Positions 54,945 to 64,000 of a DNA stretch of 64,000 nt are shown in pieces (the first letter of the stretch is position 1; every line of letters begins with the position of its first letter). The notes under the pieces were generated by a model, which had not been told where the DNA came from, did not search any database, and saw only the letters and a list, made by a program, of their open reading frames with translations. The position numbers and the translations under genes were made by a program. Origin of the DNA: the human T2T-CHM13v2.0 reference genome, Homo sapiens; the NCBI RefSeq assembly GCF_009914755.1, contig NC_060925.1; one strand, 5' to 3'.

Positions 54945-56110
54945 AAGATCTCGACCAGCTGAAATGTTGGGCTGAAACCAGTAAGATGAAATGGAACAGG
55001 GACGAATGCAAAGTCCTGTATTTCATTTAAGAAATATACTTGAAAATTTTACAAAATTAAAGGATGGGGAGGACTAAAGAGCTGTTAAGATTAAAAAGGA
55101 GAGGAAAATAAGAACAAAAAGATTTCACATTTACTGAAGGCTGGAACTGGGGTCGAGTGGGGACTGCAGGTGTGGCACAGTGGCAGGTCAGTATGACTAC
55201 CCAACAACTGCATAATGAGTAGGGGGACTGGGGTTGGGAGACTTTAAGAAACTTGTCCTATTTCCTCTAATCTAATAAATAGTGAATGCAGGGTCTCAAT
55301 TCAGTGTCAGTCTCTCTGGCTCCAAAACTGATGCTCTTTCCATTATAACACGGTAAACTGAAGGGACAAGTATCGTGTTAGCCAAAAAGAGAGAATAGAG
55401 GACTGGTAACATTTCCCTCACCACATACTGTCAATATTACCTTACTGAGCCTTATTGGCTCAATATGAGACAATTCTATTGCTAAAGATGCTAATTCGAA
55501 GTCGGAGAGTAAGAGGTGACATCTTGCTGACCAAACTCTTCCTGGAGCACCATGTCCAGTCCTGAGTCTCATCTACAGGGGCAGATCCGTAAAAGAGCAA
55601 CCAGGATGGTCACAGTTCTCAGGATTAGGGAACTAAGATACCGAATGCCTAGAATACTTTACTCACATTATCTTACTTAACTCTTGACATAATCCTGTGA
55701 GATAGATATTACTATTCCCGTTATTAAAATGAGAAAACTGAAGCTCGGAGAGGTTAAGAATTTGTTTAAGGTCACACACCAAGTGGAAGAAACAGGATTT
55801 GAACACATGGCTGTCTAAATCCACGCTCCCCACTCTTTCCCATGTAGCCTGCCACACATGCAAAATGGTGAAGCAGAATTTGAGCTATTTATTAGTTGGT
55901 GAGGAGATATGACAGCCACCTTCAACTCTACAAAGGGCTGTGAGTGGAAACATTCTGTGTGGCTTGAAAGGGAAGAATTTGAATGACTTTGAAAGTCTCA
56001 GGGAGGTAGATTTTTAGCTCAATGGAATAATATTTTACTGATGGCAATAACTGGATGGACTCTTGGGTGGGAATATGAATTCCTTGTGCTTGGAGGTATT
56101 CAAGCATGGT
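54945..56110 (+). mobile_element. L3/CR1 LINE fragments (interrupted by MIR at ~55640-55830)
   Basis: tgggctgaaacca.taagatgaaat..aacagggacgaatgcaaagtcctg and ctggagcaccatgtccagt..tg; CR1 3' end cttggaggtattcaagca. Confidence 0.6.
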
Positions 56111-58004
56111 TTGGAATGGCATTTGCTTATAATGGGGAGGAGATTCGGGTGGAAAACCTCAAAGTTCATTTTTGATCCTTAGATTCCATGAGCCTATGAA
56201 GCTGCCTGGCAGAAAGGGATCAATCTCTTCAAAAGAAGTGAAAATATCTATTGGTTTGTCTATTTGCAGACATACAGGCGAAAATTATATGCCCAAGTTA
56301 ACACATTGGTCCATAAGAAAACTAAACACAGAAAATGAAATGGATTCTGCTGAAACTACTTACAGGTTTTAAAGTTTTCCTTTTCTACGAAGAAGTAGCC
56401 AAACTCTGGAGAGATATGCAGTCTTGGCTATAATAAAAGAAAATATAACAAGGGTGCTATTTTTCACCTATTAAGTGGGCAAAATAATTTAAAAAGTGGT
56501 CACACCCATTATATATATCAAGAGTGATAAAATGTCATTCCTTTTGACCCAGGTACAACCACTTAAGAGAAAACACTGTGAAACAGAAAAATCTTCATCT
56601 GGGTTTAATTTATAAAGAGTCTAAAAATCCAAGGAAGTGTAAATGGGCCACTTGGGTGGCAGTGAGTAGGGGCTGAGGTAGGTGAGGGGAGCTGGAAGCC
56701 GAGGAGCGAGCTAGTCAGCATGCACGGGGGAAAGCCCCCATGTATGGAGAACTATGGGATAAGCAGAAGATGTCCAGAGAGCCAAAGGTGGGTATGAAAG
56801 CCAAGGTCACTGCATACGGGGTCAGCAGGTTAGGAGGAGCACACTTCAGTAAGGAATGAACAGGTGTAGGGAGAGAAGAGAGGAGAGGAAGCCCAACATT
56901 AACACTGACAACCATTTAGCCCCTCTCTTGGGGGGCACATTAATTACACTCTCATTACTCCTAATAACCCCATAACTAGACCTTATTTCCTCCATTTTGC
57001 AGATGAAGAAGCTGGTGTTAAGAAAGATGAAGTAACTTGCTTCATTTGTTGGTAAGTGCTAGAGTTGGGAACTAAACTCGCATGCATCTGCCTCCTAACT
57101 CTAGCTCACTTTACCCCTGTGTGTGATGAAAAGTGTGCAGCCAGGCCCTTCACAAACCCCTGATCTGTGGGTTAGGGCTTGGGCAGCTGACCAGGTGGTT
57201 TACTCAATTGCAGCTTTATGTTGGTCCACTTTGTGGATGTTAGAATTGATAGTTATGAATTTTATGGAGCAATGGTGAAACATGTTAAATGCAAAGGGAA
57301 GGATACAAACCTAACTATGTGCTATAATCATAGGTATGGAAAATACATATTTTCACCCTTGGAAAAAGACTACATGAGATACATCAGAGTGCTTTCAGCA
57401 GTGCAGTTTGGGGGGTATTTCCTATTTTTGGCAATAATTTCTATAAAGTAGTTTTTCTCTATAATTACAAAAAAAATCGCAAGTTAGAAATGCCTACAGG
57501 AAGCATACAAGCACCTAAAAAGTCACCAATATACTTTCCTAAGCAAGGAAATAAGGCCAAGCCCCATCTTTCTGTTTCATCTGGTATCAGAAAACTTGTT
57601 GCCAGGGCTTCTGAAGACAGTGCCCAAACCTCATTGATTCAGGTCCTGCCAATTCAGTATTGACAGTCTTCTTCTACACAACTCACTGGCCTGGCACAAG
57701 AATCCAAAGACTCTAAGTGTACAAGTGAGGGAAAAATCATTTGAGCCTAGACAGAAAGTCACCTTCTGATTGTGTGCAGCTGAACAGCATTTGGTGGCCA
57801 TGAAGAGGAATTCTAAACAGGTGTTAGGGCAGAGTCTCAGTTACTTAAGAAGAAATTTACTCTCAATGTCAAATATCCTCAGGCACATTAGAAAGACCAT
57901 CAGTTTGTTGGCTCCCCATCCATTTCTTTTTAATATAGGGAATACTCTTATCCTTTATTTTAATGAAGGTCTTCTAATGACTTTAACTGATATTTTTCGA
58001 AAGT

Positions 58005-58140
58005 GACATCTGTGTTAAAATACACATTCCCAGCCTTATCCCAGACCTACCGAATCAGGCTCTCCAAGCCAAAGCAGAGGAAATTTGTATTTTAAGCACC
58101 TCAGCCAATTCTTAAGATTGGGCAAGTTTGTGAAACACTC
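58005..58140. mobile_element. MER5-family DNA transposon fragment
   Basis: gttaaaatacacattccc..cccagacctaccgaatcag..tgtattttaagcacc..aagtttgtgaaacact. Confidence 0.7.
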
Positions 58141-60259
58141 TACCAAACAAAATGAATTTGAGTTTTTATATGTATTTGAATGTAATAAAACTGCAAATGT
58201 TTATAAGCAGTACTATCATTCCCAGTCCCTCCAAATGGCCTGAATTAATAAGATTGTTTTCCATTGACTAATACTTAGGTTGGGTTTCCCCTAAACATGT
58301 CCTGAGATTACGTGACTAGATTCTCAGCCTAGACCACAATTTTCCACTCATCTTTCAGGGAAGAGGTAAAAGGGCAGGTTTTTCACAGACCTGAGTTCTG
58401 ATCCAGGTCCACTGCTGACAGACAGCTCCAGGACCTTGAGCAAGAAATTATTTAACCTTTTTTGAGCCCATTTCTTCATTTGTATGGGTGTAAGAATGAT
58501 GGTCTTGCCCTCATATTACAATAACAAGGCACCATGTACACAACAGAGGCCAAACCGTCTCAGCCTAATTAGTGTGTGAAGCCTCCCGATTACATCAGAA
58601 TTGGCTCTTACAAGCATGATTCCTTGTTGCATCTACTTCTGATTTCATTCTGCCTTCTACGCTAAGGATAATAACGAACATCTGCAAGGGTCTTTTTTAT
58701 TTATAGAGCCCTTTTTTCAGATATTATCTACATTACTCTCCACAACAACCCTGAATTAGGGATCATTCTCTCCACACCAGAAGAAACAAGGCCCAGAGGT
58801 CAAGTGACCTGCTTGGAAGTGGCGAATCCAGGATTTAAACCCAGATCCCATAATCATTAACTGCCCTGTTCTCTTGAATATATGCATCAAACATTACGCA
58901 AAGCACTTTCAAAAATATCATAGCATTTTTATTGTAGTTATTTCCACAACTATTCCCCCCTTAACCTAAAAGCACTTGTAAAGCAGGTACCATATTTTAT
59001 TAGTCTTTAAGGAGAAATGCAGAGCCTCTGGGTGTTAGTGTCTTTGTTACTCACAGAGAGAAAAGGGGATGAGCTCAACAATGATGCAAAGTTTTTTTCC
59101 AGCATCTCACGCAATCCACACAACTCATGCCTGAGCTTCCCCATGCCCTTAAATGAACATATCTTATCAAATATTTATTGAACATCTATCTACTAAGTGT
59201 CAGGAACTTTACTTTGTGAAATGAGTTAACATACTATGTTAAACACTTAGAAAAGCCTTGGCACATATTAACTATCTGTTATTATTAATATTATTAAGTT
59301 ATCCACACGGCCTATGAGGTAGGCATTATTTTCCTCCTTATTACTGATAAGAACTCTGAGAATAAGTTTAGTTAACTGAAAGACAATTAAAATAAAAGTT
59401 CTCAAAGTGGCAGCCACCTCTCCTACTTACTCCAGAGACCCTGAGCTTTTGGTTACAGACTACCAATTAATGGATGACCCATTAGAGAAACCAGAGGCCA
59501 CTTTTCTAACCAACAATAACAGCCAATAATCAGAAATGAGTAACAGTTGCCAACATTTATTGAACACTTATCTCTAATCCTTGTAGCACCTCTGAAAGGT
59601 AGCTATTATCTCCTTTTTGTGAAATAGAAAATGGAAACTCAGAGAGGACAGGTTAAGCCCAAAGCAGGCAGGGGAGCCAGGCTTGGAATCTAGACGCATC
59701 GGCCCAAAGCCCTTGCCCTTTCTAATATGCCATGCATACTTCACAGGCATTACAGAAAGCAAAGTGCAAATCAACAGGAAGTTCTAATGTGGTTTGCCAG
59801 AATGTGTGCCAGGCACCTTAGAGACTCAGTAACAGAATAAAGAATGAGATAAAAATTATGTAACTTGAAAGAACATTTGAGATACAAGATAGGATGAAAG
59901 AACCGATACCAGGTAACATTGCCCCTAGTTCCTGAATGTAACCCTATACTCATCTAACATTATCACCCCGTCTTCACCCCTTTACAAAGATGGATTCAAA
60001 TTATTAGGGAAGCTGAATCTCAGATCACCTTGAGTGAGAAAGGTGACTGGTCCAAGATCTGGCCTTTGAAGTCAGAGAAAGAGATCTGCTTTTGAGACAG
60101 CCCTTCAGATCTGTAGAAAGCAACCACATCTCTTAGGAATTTTCTCTCCTTCAGCCGGAATATTCCTTCCCTGAAAGGAAGGGCATGCCAGGCGGCACAA
60201 CACTCTGGTCACCCCCACTGTATATGTAATATACTAAAGAAATGAGGATAAAGACTATC

Positions 60260-60626
60260 TACATCAAAGAATTAATGAAAATTTATTATAGAACAAAATA
60301 GAGCAACAAAGAAGTCCTTGGATAGTAAAAATATCCATTCAAACCCCAGTCAAGTGACAGGCAACTCAGGCAACCTTATCCCCCTCCAAGAAGAGTGTTT
60401 TCCCCATTCCCAGAAGGACACCAGTGCCAGGCTGCTCCTGAGTCTCAGCAAAGCCATCTGTCTTCTTTGGAGTGTCCACATTCAGAACAAGCCGCTGACC
60501 CCAGAACCCGATGGATCCCTGCACACACACCACCATGCACGGTGGGGTCTGATTTGGACGGCACCATCGCTCGCAAATCACATGCCACACAAGGAAAACA
60601 CGAAAGCTTTATGAAAAATCCAAAGT
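60260..60626 (-). other. BEND5: BEND5 3' UTR (~365 nt; 3' end approximate)
   Basis: Repeat-free stretch between the stop codon and an AATAAA followed by U-rich sequence. Confidence 0.8.
60282..60287 (-). terminator. BEND5: Canonical polyadenylation signal AATAAA of BEND5
   Basis: tttatt on + strand, ~340 nt downstream of the stop; U-rich flanks on the minus strand (ctattttgttctatAATAAAttttcattaattctttgatgt). Confidence 0.8.
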
Positions 60627-60784
60627 TTATTGCAAATTGTATTTTGCTTCCCTTCGTTCTTCATTTTTACAGGATTTATTGATATCCATGATTTTTTCAC
60701 AGATGTACTTGTTGACTTTGGAGAGTCTCTGTGCAATTTCAGTTTCATCCACAGTTTCTTGTGCTATTCTGTCATACAAACACT
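60627..60784 (-). CDS. BEND5: Last coding exon of BEND5 (BEN domain-containing protein 5), C-terminal 52 aa (E)CLYDRIAQETVDETEIAQRLSKVNKYICEKIMDINKSCKNEERREAKYNLQ*
   Basis: Translation matches my recollection of the human BEND5 C-terminus. Minus-strand acceptor ttgtttcttctccccgtctag|AG TGT TTG (AG at 60786-60785, phase 1). TAA stop at 60629-60627. The first 15 aa of the track ORF 60627..60830 are intronic. Confidence 0.95.
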
Positions 60785-63700
60785 CTAGACGGGGAGAAGA
60801 AACAAGGCCAAGGATTAATGGTGAATTCAAGTAAAAATCTTTTAAGGAGGGTAAAAGAAAATGTACCTCCCAACATACTTCCCAAATACCAGCTTATGTA
60901 TCTGGCATAGCTATATTTTAAAATTTGCATCATAGAATGTACTTAGAAAAGAGCAGATATACACTGTAAATGTACTCTTTAAAAGTAATGATAAAGTGTC
61001 CACGTGTCCACCACTCAGTGGAGCAGGATACTATTGGTTCCTCCCAAGCACCTGCAGGCCCCTCCCTAATTCTTTCCTCTCCACCAGAGATAACCATTCT
61101 CCTGAACTTTTGCCTTTTTTTTTTTCTTTTAGTGTTAACACATGTATGTATCCTTAAATAAAATAGTTTATTTTCCATTTTCAATCTTTTTATAAATGTG
61201 CCCACTCTATCATTCTGACTTGCTTTTTTTTTTTTTTTTACTCAAATGTTATAGTTTTGAGATTTACTCATGAAAAATACATTTGTAGGTCATTCATTTT
61301 CACTGATGAGTAGTGTTCTATTGTATGGCTCTATCACAATTTGTTTTATCCATTTTATTGTCAATGGATACTTGGTTTTGCAATTAAAAACACTCTGGCA
61401 CATGCCTCTGGGGAAGACATGAAAGAAATTCTCCAGTATCAGCCTAGGCGTGGACTTGCTGAATGTTAAGATGTGTGCATATTCAACTTTATTAGGTGAT
61501 GCCTGGTAAATTGCTTTCCAAAGTGGTTGTGCTGACTGGCACTCCTAGCAACAGTGTATGCAAGTAGTACTGGTTGCCCCATTTCAATAGTACTTGACAT
61601 TGTCACATTATTAAGGTTCTGACAACCTGGTGGGTGTGAAGTAGTGTCTCACTGCTGTGATTACTAATGAGGCTCAGTACGGCCACTCTCTTACTGAGTC
61701 CACCATTTGCTGTGATAAAGCAAAAAGCCAGCTCCAGACAAGGTCTGGCTGGAGCCCGACTTCAATTGACTGCCTAGCCTGGGGACCTGGTGCAACTCAC
61801 TGCCCTAGATTCCTCACTTCATAAATAAGGATAACAAACTACAGAGCATTTTTTTTTAATGCTGCCATGAGGCATGTGGGATAAACATGTTGCCTTTTTC
61901 AAGTTGTAAGGAATACTACACCTGTATGGGGTTGTTCTGAGTATTTTATGTATTTACAACTATTAATTCCTAGGGCCTAACACAGTGTTTGGCACAGTGG
62001 CAAACTTAAGTAAACATATGTTAAATAACTGAATAAATGCTTTTCCAGGGATACCTAAGGGAACACAAATATTCTGGATGGAAGAGGACTAGGGCGTGGG
62101 TGGTGAATGTACCACGGGAATGTGTAATAATGGGCAAAACCCTTGGGGACTCTTTGAGCCTGAGTTTTCTCAACTAAATAGGAATGACAATTCAACCTTG
62201 AGGAATTGCTATGGAGAACAAGCAAAATCTTGTCATTACCAAACCAGCTCAGAACAGGGAATTGTCTCAGAGATGCAGAATATCAACACTAGAGGGGATT
62301 GTGAAGACTAACTTGTGCTAACCTTTCCACTAACATATGAGAAGCCCAGGCCTGGAGAAAGGGAGTAGGTATGGGGCAGAATCCACTGCTACCTGCCCAT
62401 ATGCTGAGCCCTTCCCTGGGCACAGAGCCAGCCAGTCTGCCTCCTGTTGCCATCCATGCTGCAGGTGCACCTGCTATAAGCATTCTTTCTCTGAGGCACC
62501 CTTTTCTTTCCACCGAGAAGGGTTTTGCAAAGAGAAGCCTTTAAAAGCTTTTAATTGACCTCGACCAGTCACTTCCTGACTATTCCCAAGCCTGACTAAT
62601 CCTCACTTCATCTTGTCTTGGCCTTTCCATAAGGACTGAGAGACAAGAAGGTAGGAGGCCCTGTCTCTCCAGTCCCACCTCTGCTATATTCATCATCCTT
62701 TTCAACCTATTCCACCTGTCAGGGACCTTGCTCATCTCTGCTTAAGTCCTCACCCTTCACCTGCCTAAGCTCTACTCATTCTTCCAGATTCAGCTTTCTT
62801 GAAACCTAGTATCAGACTGAGTTAGGAGACCCCACTCTACCTAGAACTCTGTGCTCCCACACCTGTCTCGGTTTTTCTCTCTGTCAAAGCACGAATCACA
62901 ATCTAATAAAACTGTAACCACATTGTTTCCCCCCAACAGACTGGGACACTCAGGCATTCCCTCTCTACCCCAGGCCAGGAGAAAACAAACACCCATAGTG
63001 ACTTTGTAGGAACCTGAACCAAATGAGGGAGACAAACTGTGATGAGAACTGCTTAGAAGTTGAGATATTCGTATCTGATTCTAACCCTAGATGCTGTGCA
63101 ACCTCTAGGGGGGACTTCTCTGGGTCTCAGTTTCACTATCTACGAAAGTAGCATTTCAAACCAGAGAATCTAAGAAGATTCCCCCAGCTCGAAGTCTCTA
63201 ATTGTCTGCAAGGTAATAATGGCAGGTAAAGTGGCAAAGGAGACAGAAGGAGAAGGCAGGAGAGTGGGTGTGGTGGCCCTTGGAGCCCCTAGCATTAGTC
63301 AGGGAAGTGGTAGAAGGAGAAAGGTGCAAATGGAGGAAGGTTTTTGGAGGAGCCCCCATAGAATTTCAATCATTCTCATTTCCTGTGGGTAACAGCACTG
63401 AACGAAAAGCTTCTCAGGTTGATTAAAAGGCTTTCGTTAGACTCTAGATATTAATCACCTGCAGTTGCCGGGAATGTCTCCCTCTGCGAGGGAGCATTTG
63501 AGATTATTGCTTAATTAACAAGGTTTATAACAGTGCTAATGTGTCCTATTAAAAAAGTTATAAAAATTAACCGGAACGCAATGCTGAGGCTCATTTAGAA
63601 AACTCAGACACTCCACAAAAGGTCATTTGACCTTAATAGGTTTAACTGTCATTCTGGAGCTTGTCATTAGAGCAAGACTCTGCTTCAGCTCTCCTGCTTT

Positions 63701-64000
63701 TGTCTTTCCAAAGCAGCGTCAATGTTTGCCCCATCCCTCTGCTATCGGGTAAGGAACTATTTTAAAATCAAAGAGAAGAAGAAGAAATCCTCACCAACTC
63801 TGTGAGCATAAAGGCTTTTCTATTTTTTTATATGGCAAATGTGACTACATGTAACAAAATCAGACAAAATAAATACAAACAATCTCAATCCAGCAGACAG
63901 CTTGCATGGGAAGAACCAACCAAATGCAATCTGGAACAGCTCAAATAATTAGGCTAAAAACAGTGGTTATATTGTGGGATAGGAGACAGATGTCAAACCT
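60785..64000 (-). other. BEND5: Last intron of BEND5 (partial)
   Basis: Lies upstream of the acceptor at 60785; no further BEND5 coding match seen; contains L1M and MIR fragments. Confidence 0.85.
60950..61680 (-). mobile_element. Old L1M (L1ME-like) 3' fragment in BEND5 intron
   Basis: taaccattctcctgaacttt..tcattcattttcactg..tagtgttctattgtatg..aaattgctttccaaagtggttgt..gcaacagtgtatg. Confidence 0.75.

Noticed and set aside
60785-60830. N-terminal MNSPLILGLVSSPRL of the BEND5-containing ORF
   Set aside because: Intronic read-through upstream of the acceptor; not part of the BEND5 protein as I recall it.

Overview
This is primate (almost certainly human) genomic DNA, nearly all non-coding and dense in old interspersed repeats: MIR, L2, L3/CR1, old L1M, MLT1/LTR16 LTRs, MER5/MER20/MER33/Tigger3b DNA transposons, and about 9 Alu-family elements. 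The only protein-coding sequence I can support is the terminal exon of BEND5 on the minus strand (CDS 60627-60784, poly(A) signal 60282-60287). From recalled annotation BEND5 is nested, same strand, in a large intron of AGBL4 (chr1p33), so the whole window should be AGBL4 intron; no AGBL4 exon is visible. All other ORFs in the track look like chance or repeat-derived frames. I do not see a new multi-gene system. The most interesting sequence-level signals are: (1) a ~55-bp mosaic at 23358-23412 built entirely from three templated pieces (local direct repeat, an exact 21-mer from 1.3 kb upstream, and an inverted copy of the downstream flank), leaving a perfect 23-bp hairpin, which looks like a fossil template-switching DNA repair event; (2) a tailless 35-nt U2 snRNA retrocopy nested in Tigger3b nested in L1; (3) a 105-nt frame-preserving cryptic exon candidate created by an orphan A21 run; (4) convergent CTCF motifs, one embedded in a MIR; and (5) several repeat-free, homeobox-motif-rich candidate enhancers. 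Repeat family names and boundaries are by eye and approximate.
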